From the IMG/VR virus record IMGVR_UViG_3300020042_006369, positions 1-25,217 of that record: DNA of 25,217 bases, one strand, 5' to 3'. Under the pieces are notes generated by a model that worked only from the letters and a program-made list of their open reading frames with translations, was not told where the DNA came from and ran no database searches. The number at the start of each line of letters is the position of its first letter. Position 1 is the stretch's first letter. This document shows, piece by piece, positions 9,289 through 16,372 of this stretch. This DNA comes from a virus (Duplodnaviria > Caudoviricetes). The position numbers and the translations under genes are program-made.

Positions 9289-10103
9289 TGGGCTACTACC
9301 TAATAGACAACCCGCCACGTTCACCACAGTTTTACCCGTCGCGATCGAACACACCCACATGGGCTGTTGGTGTACACACCAGTGAAGGCCCAACCGGTTC
9401 CGGTACGGCACGCAACTTGGCAGCATTCATCGCCCGCCGCAGTGACCCCGGATCATATGCATGCATTGTTGATTGTGATGAAACTGTTGTGTTGGTGCCA
9501 CCCGGCTACACAACGTTTTCAGTTGCAGCATCGGGATACAACAGCCGCACATGGCACATCTGTTTGACCGGTCGCAGCGCAGAACTAGCCCCCGACGATC
9601 CGAACACACAGGCAATGATCAAACGGGCAGGCGAGGCCATCCGCACATTGTGGGCAATGTTGGGTGTTGATGCGCGCGCAAACGCTGCATGGATTGGCAC
9701 CGATGCCCTGAACCGTGCCGGCCTGTTTTGTCACGGTGATGTTCAGCCGTGGGATCGCAGTGATGCATGGTCACGACACCCCGACCGTGGCCGGTTGGAT
9801 CAAATGTTGATTGAAGCGATTGTTGAAACCCCGGCACCACCAGTGCCACCCACACCACAGGATGACGAAATGAAACGCTACCTAATCAAAGGGACAGCAG
9901 CCCCCGAAATTTTCCTGTGTGATGCAGGGTTGGGTTGGAAATGGCGGATTCCTGCCGGACAGATTCAAAACATTGTGTGGACCATCGCGATGGGTGGCGG
10001 GCAAATGCTGATCCCACCGGGTGCCAACACAATCGTTTGGGAAAACAACACGGTTTGGGTTGCTGATCAAAAGTTTGTTGATGCAATCCCAACCACAAAG
10101 TGA
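9288..10103 (+). CDS. Endolysin, N-acetylmuramoyl-L-alanine amidase (Amidase_2-like)
   Basis: VGVHTSEG, SYACIVD, CHGDV and RSD give candidate Zn ligands (His/His/Asp). A Pro-rich linker precedes the C-terminal domain. Lies directly after the tail genes. Confidence 0.75.
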   Translation: MGYYLIDNPPRSPQFYPSRSNTPTWAVGVHTSEGPTGSGTARNLAAFIARRSDPGSYACIVDCDETVVLVPPGYTTFSVAASGYNSRTWHICLTGRSAELAPDDPNTQAMIKRAGEAIRTLWAMLGVDARANAAWIGTDALNRAGLFCHGDVQPWDRSDAWSRHPDRGRLDQMLIEAIVETPAPPVPPTPQDDEMKRYLIKGTAAPEIFLCDAGLGWKWRIPAGQIQNIVWTIAMGGGQMLIPPGANTIVWENNTVWVADQKFVDAIPTTK

Positions 10104-10109
10104 TGCGTG

Positions 10110-10406
10110 ATGTTTGCGCAAACAATCATTGACACACCGGGTTTTGGTGCAGCGGAATGGGTTGCCATTCTCACAGGCATCAGCGTTGTTGTAGGTGCAG
10201 TCGCTGCACTGATTGTTCAAATTGTGCGGTTGCGTAATGAGAACACGGAACAGCATGCTGACAATCGGCAGGTTGTTGTTGATGTTCGTGACAGGTTGCT
10301 TGATTTGCACCAGTCTGTTCAACGTGTTGACGACAAAGTTGAAAACCTTGACGCGAGACTAGACCGGCATGAAAACATCCATCACCGTGGCAAACGGCGT
10401 TGGTAG
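10110..10406 (+). CDS. Membrane protein (single TM plus coiled coil), lysis-cassette accessory or holin-like
   Basis: Hydrophobic WVAILTGISVVVGAVAALIVQIV followed by a heptad region ending RLDRHENIHH. Immediately after the endolysin. Confidence 0.65.
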   Translation: MFAQTIIDTPGFGAAEWVAILTGISVVVGAVAALIVQIVRLRNENTEQHADNRQVVVDVRDRLLDLHQSVQRVDDKVENLDARLDRHENIHHRGKRRW

Positions 10407-10434
10407 TCCTATCCCCTAACGAACGGGCAAGGGT

Positions 10435-11253
10435 ATGACAGAACAGAAACCACGCACACATTTGGTGATCCCTGACACACAAGCAAAACCGGGAACACCC
10501 AATGATGCGTTGGGTTGGGTTGGTCAATACATAGTTGAGAAACAACCTGATGTGATTGTGCATTTGGGCGATCATTTCGACGGGCCTAGTTTGTCATCTT
10601 ACGATGTGGGCAAAAAAGATTTTGAGGGCCGCCGATATCGTGACGATGTTGATGCAGCCAACAAAGCGTTTGATGTGTTGTGTGAACCTATGGAAACACA
10701 CAACCGACGCAAAGCGAAACAAAGCAAGAAACAGTACAAACCTGAACTGGTCATTTTGCATGGCAACCATGAGCAGCGAATACAACGGGCCATTGATGAT
10801 GATGCCGCACATTTGGATGGCATCATTTCGCTGGATGATCTGAACTATTCATCACATGGTTGGCAGGTTGTGCCGTTCCTGAAACCCATCTGCATTGATG
10901 GTGTTTGGTATGCACACTATTGGGCCAATCCGATGACGGGCAGACCGTTCGGGGGCAATGCAACCACACGGTTGAAACAGGTGGGCCACAGTTTCACAAT
11001 GGGCCATCAGCAGGTGTTGGATTATGCAATCAGGTTTGTTGCAGGACGTTCGCAACATGCGTTGATTGCAGGCAGTTGCTATTTGCACGCAGAAAAGTAC
11101 CTCGGCCCGCAGGGAAATGATCACTGGCGGGGCTGCATTGTGAAACATCAGGTTGAACAGGGTTCATATGATCCCATGTTTGTCAGCCTTGATTATTTGT
11201 GCCGACGTTATGAAGGCACACCACTATCCAAATTTGTTGCACGAAAATTCTGA
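10435..11253 (+). CDS. Calcineurin-like metallophosphoesterase
   Basis: Motifs IPDTQ, HLGDHFD, GNHE, AHY and GHQQ appear in the canonical order. Confidence 0.9.
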   Translation: MTEQKPRTHLVIPDTQAKPGTPNDALGWVGQYIVEKQPDVIVHLGDHFDGPSLSSYDVGKKDFEGRRYRDDVDAANKAFDVLCEPMETHNRRKAKQSKKQYKPELVILHGNHEQRIQRAIDDDAAHLDGIISLDDLNYSSHGWQVVPFLKPICIDGVWYAHYWANPMTGRPFGGNATTRLKQVGHSFTMGHQQVLDYAIRFVAGRSQHALIAGSCYLHAEKYLGPQGNDHWRGCIVKHQVEQGSYDPMFVSLDYLCRRYEGTPLSKFVARKF

Positions 11254-11265
11254 AGGGAATTTGTT

Positions 11266-11535
11266 ATGTCGGTTTCATCTGCTGTTGTTTCGGTTGGTAC
11301 CACTGCAACTGCATTGTCAGTTGCAGAAACAGACCCGTTGCCCCGGTTCACAATTGCGTTGTACAACGCAGGGGCATCAACCGTTTTTGTTGGCGGTTCC
11401 AATGTGACCACAGCCAACGGTTTCCCATTGGCTGCCGGTGGCACATTGTCCATTGATTGCGATAAGGCTGAGGGTGTTTGGGGCATTGTTGCCACTGGCA
11501 CGGTGTCTGTGAACTGTTTGTATCAGGGTGTGTGA
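11266..11535 (+). CDS. Hypothetical small beta-rich protein (possible virion protein)
   Basis: 89 aa with an AAGGGA RBS and pattern YNAGASTVFVGGSNVTTANGFPL.AG. Confidence 0.6.
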   Translation: MSVSSAVVSVGTTATALSVAETDPLPRFTIALYNAGASTVFVGGSNVTTANGFPLAAGGTLSIDCDKAEGVWGIVATGTVSVNCLYQGV

Positions 11536-12260
11536 TGCCTTCCATCAGAAGGTTCACAGGCAAACGCATTTTGGTTGGGCGTGTTGGTGGCGTGTACATG
11601 CCGCCGCCTGCCGGTTCTAGCGGCCCTGCGTTTCGTTCAATTAGTACTTCGGAATCTGTCACCACAACGTTGACTGTCACGATGCCTGCGGGTGTCGCAT
11701 CCGGTGATGTTCTTGTGATGCAGGTTGCGCAGCATGTTGACCAAAAAATTGGTGGGTTCGTTTCAACACCGTCAGGTTGGACCGCTAGACAATCTTCATC
11801 AGGTAGCGGCAACAATGAATTTCAAACCAACGTGTTCACAAAAACTGCGGGTTCATCTGAATCGTCTGTTGTGTTCTCGGGTATGGCAGGCAACTTGATT
11901 TCCACTGCAACGGTTGTTGCGGTTTCCGGTGCAACTGGTGTTGACGTTGCCGGTGCAATGAACTTCAACATCACACCACCAAACTTTGTTGCGGCCTCAG
12001 TCACAACAACCACATCAAACGGTTTGTTGATTGGCATGTGGGTCCGTCCCGGTGCAGGCGGGCACGGTTTGAATTTCACAATGCCGGGATCAATGACGAC
12101 ACGATCAAATTTCCGAAGTTCTGCCAGCGGAAACAACATTGACATTTGCACAGCGTTTGCAACGCAAACATTGACTGCATCCGGTGCAACTGGCACACGA
12201 ACAGCAACGTTCACAGGCAATTCATATTTGCCCACGGCAACCCTTTTGGCGGTGAAGTAA
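11535..12260 (+). CDS. Hypothetical Ser/Thr/Gly-rich beta-sandwich protein (putative virion decoration or receptor-binding)
   Basis: TLTVTMPAGVASGDVLV, TPSGWT and TASGATGTRTAT patterns. TGATG coupling to the upstream gene places the start at 11535. Confidence 0.6.
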   Translation: MPSIRRFTGKRILVGRVGGVYMPPPAGSSGPAFRSISTSESVTTTLTVTMPAGVASGDVLVMQVAQHVDQKIGGFVSTPSGWTARQSSSGSGNNEFQTNVFTKTAGSSESSVVFSGMAGNLISTATVVAVSGATGVDVAGAMNFNITPPNFVAASVTTTTSNGLLIGMWVRPGAGGHGLNFTMPGSMTTRSNFRSSASGNNIDICTAFATQTLTASGATGTRTATFTGNSYLPTATLLAVK

Positions 12261-12811
12261 TGCGATACATCGTTTGTGGTTTGCATCGGACAGGGACCAG
12301 CGCACTGGTCAATGCGGTTGCGCAATCGTCCACCCTCGCAACCCACAGTGACAATTCGATTGAAGCGGTCATAAGGTCACGTGAGATTGACCCAACCTAC
12401 AACCCCAACCCGGCAGGCTACTTTTCACATGCTGCAATGTTTGCGCCTGTTGCTGATTGGATTAGTGCAACACCTGATGATTGTGTGATGAAGGCTGCAC
12501 CTGAAGCGTTTGCCGATGGTGCCGGTTCTGAACCTCTCACTGTAGTGTTGACCAGTCGGGATCAGTCACAAATTGAAGCATCGTTTGCACAGGCGTTTGG
12601 GTTCACAGTGTCGCCACATCGATACGGTGCGCGTGCATTTGCTGAACAGGTTTTGGTTGATGCACCCAACGTGACAGTCAGCGTTGTGAACTTCGCTGAC
12701 ATGATTGATGATCCGCAATCGGTTTTTGAAACACTTGCTGCGAACGGGTGGCCAATCAATGCCACGGTTGCGGCTGCAACAATTGATCCGACACTTTACC
12801 GGAACACCTAA
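12260..12811 (+). CDS. Sulfotransferase-like P-loop protein
   Basis: N-terminal YIVCGLHRTGTSAL resembles the 5'-PSB loop G.xRSGTS. Also NPAGYF, VMK, VVLTSRD...ASF (3'-PB-like) and VNFADMIDDP. TAATG overlap with the upstream gene. Confidence 0.65.
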   Translation: MRYIVCGLHRTGTSALVNAVAQSSTLATHSDNSIEAVIRSREIDPTYNPNPAGYFSHAAMFAPVADWISATPDDCVMKAAPEAFADGAGSEPLTVVLTSRDQSQIEASFAQAFGFTVSPHRYGARAFAEQVLVDAPNVTVSVVNFADMIDDPQSVFETLAANGWPINATVAAATIDPTLYRNT

Positions 12812-12830
12812 CAATGACCGCAGGGGGTCA

Positions 12831-13250
12831 ATGATGAATGAAGAACTGTTTGAAATCGATGATGACGGGGTGGGTTCCATCCTGTTGAATGCGTTTGCCC
12901 TCACACACGGGGACCGCAACAATCAGTATGGAAGTTTTGTTGAGGATTATCAGCGGGTTGCGAATGTTTGGAATGCGTTGTGTGATGGTGAACCAACGGT
13001 GATGTGTCCTGAATATGCGTTGTTGTTTATGACAACAATGAAATTGTGCCGTGTTGCTTATGGGTTGCACAGTGGGTTGGCGTTTGAATCACCTGTGATG
13101 GTTGAGGATTCCATCACTGATTGTGCCGGGTATTTGGATGGCCTTTGGAAATCATTGAACACACCTGATCACGTTGATGTGATTGGTGATGATGTTGAAC
13201 CTGATGACATTGATGATTGGGATGATGATGATGATGACGATTGTGATTGA
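12831..13250 (+). CDS. DUF6378-like protein (dNTP pyrophosphohydrolase-like helical family)
   Basis: ILxxAxxLTHGDRNNQYG, F/Y.RVA.VW, M..MKLCR and DSITDCAGY motifs, with an acidic tail. AGGGGG RBS. Confidence 0.7.
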   Translation: MMNEELFEIDDDGVGSILLNAFALTHGDRNNQYGSFVEDYQRVANVWNALCDGEPTVMCPEYALLFMTTMKLCRVAYGLHSGLAFESPVMVEDSITDCAGYLDGLWKSLNTPDHVDVIGDDVEPDDIDDWDDDDDDDCD

Positions 13251-13359
13251 ACCTGATGTGATCACCTTGCCGGATGTTGATGAACCTGAACCGTATGACC
13301 CGGATGAGGATGAATACCCGGATGAGCAGGAATACCCGAACAAAGATTGGAACATCTAA
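13234..13359 (+). CDS. Tiny, very acidic hypothetical peptide (about 41 aa, not in the ORF track)
   Basis: MTIVIEPDVITLPDVDEPEPYDPDEDEYPDEQEYPNKDWNI. Its stop overlaps the holin start (TAATG). The exact start within the ATG run is uncertain. Confidence 0.6.
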   Translation: MTIVIEPDVITLPDVDEPEPYDPDEDEYPDEQEYPNKDWNI

Positions 13360-13631
13360 TGAGCAAAGTTTTTTGGCGTGACACGTTTGAACGGGCAATG
13401 AAAACTGCGGTGCAGTCTGTGTTGCTTGCTGTTGCCGGGGCCACTGGTGCAGATTTGTTGACACTGGATTGGCAGACCATTGGGGTTGCGGCGTTGGGTG
13501 GTGCGGTGTTGTCTGTTCTCACTTCGCTTGCATCACTGCCGTTTGGCCCTGCCGGTTCGCCGTCACTGGTCGCCACTGATGTGCCGGGTGTTGTTGCCCC
13601 GGTGTCGATGGCGAAGCCTGAGGGGTTGTAG
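13359..13631 (+). CDS. Holin, r1t-like family
   Basis: FWRDTFERAMKTAVQ...DW......A..GAVLSVLTSLAS...G..GSPSLV is the typical r1t holin signature, with two TM segments. Confidence 0.9.
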   Translation: MSKVFWRDTFERAMKTAVQSVLLAVAGATGADLLTLDWQTIGVAALGGAVLSVLTSLASLPFGPAGSPSLVATDVPGVVAPVSMAKPEGL

Positions 13632-13751
13632 GGGTGTAGCCCTGACTGCCCTGTTGTTCTCCGGTCCATGCACACGGCATTCCCCTGCGCCGTGATTGGA
13701 TGCAAAAAAGGCTTGATTGCCTGTCAGCAACCCCCTATTTGGACCGGCTGC

Positions 13752-13797
13752 AAAGCCCCCCCAACCCCCCTATCAGGGCAGGTTGGGGGGGCTTTTT
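13752..13797 (+). terminator. Rho-independent terminator ending the late operon
   Basis: Perfect 15 bp stem AAAGCCCCCCCAACC (13752-66) / GGTTGGGGGGGCTTT (13781-95) running into a T-tract. Confidence 0.85.
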
Positions 13798-13816
13798 GCG
13801 TTCCCCGACACCCCTG

Positions 13817-13888
13817 CAATTTGGGGGGTTTGTGGGGGTTGTTGCATCTGTGGCAGATGTGTACTAGAACATGCACATGGAAACCACC
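13817..13888 (+). promoter_or_regulatory. Repeat P, copy 1: sigma70-like promoter for a probably leaderless gene
   Basis: TTGCAT (13842-47), 17 bp, TAGAAC (13865-70), 6 bp, ATG (13877), with no RBS. 67/72 identical to 14823-14894. Confidence 0.75.
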
Positions 13889-14074
13889 GAAACCACCACC
13901 ACCATCACCACCCCCGGCTACGGGTACCGCCTTGAAATTTGGTTTTGCATCGATCAGCAGGGACGCAACAAGGCGGTGCATTTTGATCGGCACAACCACA
14001 TCAAACAAATCCCGATGAAAAAGGCAAAGGAACTGATTGCCGCAGGTTATGCCGACGGACCCGAAACCAAATAG
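13877..14074 (+). CDS. Hypothetical early protein (unit 1, gene 1; starts METT)
   Basis: ORF begins at the ATG inside repeat P. Confidence 0.7.
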   Translation: METTETTTTITTPGYGYRLEIWFCIDQQGRNKAVHFDRHNHIKQIPMKKAKELIAAGYADGPETK

Positions 14075-14082
14075 CCGAACCA

Positions 14083-14119
14083 ACCAACACACACACAAAG
14101 GAACCAAACAAATGAACAC
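14083..14119 (+). repeat. Start-associated repeat R, degenerate copy
   Basis: 32/37 match to 14396-14432, with the same AAAGGAA-to-ATG spacing. Confidence 0.75.
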
Positions 14120-14351
14120 CAAACTGGCATCAGAACTGACACCCGGCGACATCATCACCATCCGCACTGAAGTGCCCACCTACGATTTCGGAATGCGCAA
14201 CCCACAGCCCGCAACTGAATGGGTGCAAATCAAACACCGCATTGAACACACCGAACACAACGATGGTGTGGTGAGGCTCTCACTGCACACATGGCACAAC
14301 GACACAATCAAAACTTTCCCTGCCAACCAACGGTTCAATGTTGTCAGTTGA
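14112..14351 (+). CDS. Hypothetical early protein (unit 1, gene 2; starts MNTKL)
   Basis: Strong AAAGGA RBS. ASELTPGDII suggests an SH3/KOW-like barrel (inference). Confidence 0.75.
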   Translation: MNTKLASELTPGDIITIRTEVPTYDFGMRNPQPATEWVQIKHRIEHTEHNDGVVRLSLHTWHNDTIKTFPANQRFNVVS

Positions 14352-14364
14352 ACCAACCGACACC

Positions 14365-14387
14365 GCCGGGGGAAACGTTCCCCCGGC
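14365..14387 (+). terminator. GC-rich intergenic hairpin without a U-tract
   Basis: GCCGGGGGAA-ACG-TTCCCCCGGC is a perfect 10 bp stem just after the stop at 14351. Confidence 0.55.
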
Positions 14388-14395
14388 ACCAACCC

Positions 14396-14439
14396 ACCAA
14401 CACACAAACAAAGGAAAGCAACCAATGAACACTGCAACC
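14396..14439 (+). repeat. Start-associated repeat R, copy A (RBS plus first codons)
   Basis: ACCAACACACAAACAAAGGAAAGCAACCAATGAACACTGCAACC is 43/44 identical to 15440-15483. Confidence 0.9.
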
Positions 14440-14793
14440 AACATCACCATCAGCGAAGCAAAGCAGGCGATTGCCAACGAACGTGGCATGAATTTCAACG
14501 TTGCCGCAGACATGTCAGATGAGTATGCGGCACGGTGGATTGCGGAACAGAACATTGCCCCGGACCATCTCACCATTCCACATGATGAAATTGTGAAAAT
14601 GATTGTGCGTGCATCGATTCGCGAGAACCGGAACACCAACCGGGCCATCATCACTGATGCCCGTGAACAGGGTGCCTATTGGACCACTGTCCTGACCGTT
14701 GTGCTGGCCCGTCAGGGCTACGCAGATGCCCGTTCATACGCCAATGTGATGGTTGATGCAGCGTTTTACGCCTACGCCACAGGGGGCAAATGA
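14425..14793 (+). CDS. Hypothetical early protein (unit 1, gene 3; starts MNTAT)
   Basis: ATG lies in repeat R. 122 aa, helical. Confidence 0.75.
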   Translation: MNTATNITISEAKQAIANERGMNFNVAADMSDEYAARWIAEQNIAPDHLTIPHDEIVKMIVRASIRENRNTNRAIITDAREQGAYWTTVLTVVLARQGYADARSYANVMVDAAFYAYATGGK

Positions 14794-14822
14794 GGCCTGA
14801 TTGGGCAGCCCGCCACAGCCCC

Positions 14823-14894
14823 CAATTTGGGGGGCTTGTGGGGGTTGTTGCATGTGTGGCAGGTGTGTGGTAGAACATGCACATGGAAACCACC
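14823..14894 (+). promoter_or_regulatory. Repeat P, copy 2: sigma70-like promoter for a probably leaderless gene
   Basis: TTGCAT (14848-53), 17 bp, TAGAAC (14871-76, preceded by TGG extended -10), 6 bp, ATG (14883). Confidence 0.75.
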
Positions 14895-15218
14895 ACCACC
14901 CAACCCATTGTGTTCCGAATGATCTACATGAACGACACTAAACCCACACCCGTTGTGTCACCACGCACTGCCCGCCGAAACAACGCACTGACATGCGCAG
15001 GCGTCCGGTTCGCTTCATACGCACGGACCACCGGCACGTTGGTGTTGGTGGTTGATGGTGATGCCCACGGGGTTGACACTGACGATGGCGCACAACCGTG
15101 GTCAACATTGTGTGATGACCACGGTGGTGTTTGTTCGCATGAAACGTTGCAGGCTGCCCGCCAGTGGGCTAGCGCACCTGAGCAGTGGTGCCCCTACTGC
15201 ATGGGAGATGAGGCATGA
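14883..15218 (+). CDS. Hypothetical early protein (unit 2, gene 1; starts METT), possible Zn site
   Basis: Begins in repeat P. Has CDDH...WCPYC. Confidence 0.7.
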   Translation: METTTTQPIVFRMIYMNDTKPTPVVSPRTARRNNALTCAGVRFASYARTTGTLVLVVDGDAHGVDTDDGAQPWSTLCDDHGGVCSHETLQAARQWASAPEQWCPYCMGDEA

Positions 15219-15472
15219 ACACCAAACTGAAATTCAACCGTGTCCGTGCCGGATGGTACGAAACCGGAAATGACATTGAAGGCGCATACGTCATTTCATC
15301 AGACAGCCCACGTTCATGGATCATCTCACAATGGACAACGACAGAATGGGGATCACTTGAATTGATGTTTGTTGAATCAACCGGATCATTTGCCGATGCG
15401 AAACAACTGGCGCAATTCATGTGCAATCTCAACAACCCAACCAACACACAAACAAAGGAAAGCAACCAATGA
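15215..15472 (+). CDS. Hypothetical early protein (unit 2, gene 2; starts MNTKL)
   Basis: ATGA overlap and GGAG/GAGG RBS. The first 15 nt are identical to the gene at 14112. Confidence 0.75.
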   Translation: MNTKLKFNRVRAGWYETGNDIEGAYVISSDSPRSWIISQWTTTEWGSLELMFVESTGSFADAKQLAQFMCNLNNPTNTQTKESNQ

Positions 15473-15483
15473 ACACAGCAACC
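15440..15483 (+). repeat. Start-associated repeat R, copy B
   Basis: 43/44 identical to 14396-14439. Confidence 0.9.
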
Positions 15484-15702
15484 GAACCAATCGGAATCAT
15501 GGAAGCAAAAACAGCAGTGAATGCATCAATGCACGCAATCAAACAACACATGAAATGGATTGAGCGGCAGTTGCACGGCAAACCAACAGGACAGCAATGC
15601 AACACCGCTTGGCTGACAACGCTGAAGATTGAAGAAGAAATTGAAAACCTGAAAAACATGATTGACCAGTTGGGTGCAATCGTGAACATCGGAAGGGAAT
15701 GA
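15469..15702 (+). CDS. Hypothetical early protein (unit 2, gene 3; starts MNTAT)
   Basis: ATG lies in repeat R. 77 aa, helical-hairpin-like. Confidence 0.75.
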   Translation: MNTATEPIGIMEAKTAVNASMHAIKQHMKWIERQLHGKPTGQQCNTAWLTTLKIEEEIENLKNMIDQLGAIVNIGRE

Positions 15703-15706
15703 ATGC

Positions 15707-15880
15707 ATGAACACTGAATCAATCACGACGGGCGAGGCTGCTCGCATGTTGGGGGTGTCATCGGAAACGGTGCGCCGCTGGATCAAATCCGGGTACATCA
15801 AAGCCCAACACCTGCCATCAGGACAGGCACGCATCACAGTTGAAACCATCACCGAACTACAGAACAGGGGAAACCAATGA
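15707..15880 (+). CDS. Excisionase/MerR-type HTH DNA-binding protein (57 aa, not in the ORF track)
   Basis: MNTESITTGEAARMLGVSSETVRRWIKSGYIKAQHLPSGQARI is the classic HTH_17 / MerR-like pattern. Its stop overlaps the next ATG. Confidence 0.85.
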   Translation: MNTESITTGEAARMLGVSSETVRRWIKSGYIKAQHLPSGQARITVETITELQNRGNQ

Positions 15881-16089
15881 ACATTGAAATCACACGCCAT
15901 GAAGCGGACCAGTTGCGCACCATCCTTGCCGATGCCCTCGCAACTGCTGAACGGATGATCACACACCCCGATGCATCGGAAACATTGGTGCAGCGGTCCA
16001 CCCTCATTGCGCATGTGTGTTTGTCTGTCATCAACAAAATTGTGTTTGAACAAACCCGCACCAGTGGCACAAAGAACTTGGGGGGCTGA
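15877..16089 (+). CDS. Hypothetical protein
   Basis: AGGGGA RBS and ATGA coupling. Confidence 0.65.
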   Translation: MNIEITRHEADQLRTILADALATAERMITHPDASETLVQRSTLIAHVCLSVINKIVFEQTRTSGTKNLGG

Positions 16090-16090
16090 C

Positions 16091-16372
16091 ATGTCTGAAA
16101 TGAAACGGGCCTACCAAACCACCGCTGATGCGGTTGAACAGTTCCGCAGGGGCATCACTGAAACATGCCGTGCCGACAACTACCGCACCTTTGCCGACAT
16201 GCTGCAACGCAAAGCACTGCAACACATGGATGGTGCATTGCATGACATCCTTGATGCCCTGTGCATGGATGATGCGCATGATGCTGATGTGTGGGCTGCC
16301 CTACTGGACACCAACACACCGGTGGATGACATGGTTGCCCGTCTGTTCGATTTGAAAGCGGGTGTGCAATGA
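16091..16372 (+). CDS. Hypothetical protein
   Basis: GGGGG RBS before ATG 16091. Coupled to the next ORF by ATGA. Confidence 0.65.
   Translation: MSEMKRAYQTTADAVEQFRRGITETCRADNYRTFADMLQRKALQHMDGALHDILDALCMDDAHDADVWAALLDTNTPVDDMVARLFDLKAGVQ

Noticed and set aside
8653-12260. Diversity-generating retroelement acting on tail or beta-rich genes
   Set aside because: No reverse transcriptase and no template/variable repeat pair were seen in the window.
13655-13750. tRNA or tmRNA in the structured intergenic region
   Set aside because: There is no TTCGA T-loop, D-loop GG or CCA end in a cloverleaf arrangement.
13817-15483. Repeats as a CRISPR array or attachment sites
   Set aside because: They are spaced by whole genes (0.3-1 kb), contain promoters or RBSs, and no cas operon or integrase is present.
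15707-15880. HTH protein as a true excisionase indicating a prophage
   Set aside because: No integrase, repressor, att site or host gene is in the window, so lifestyle cannot be determined.
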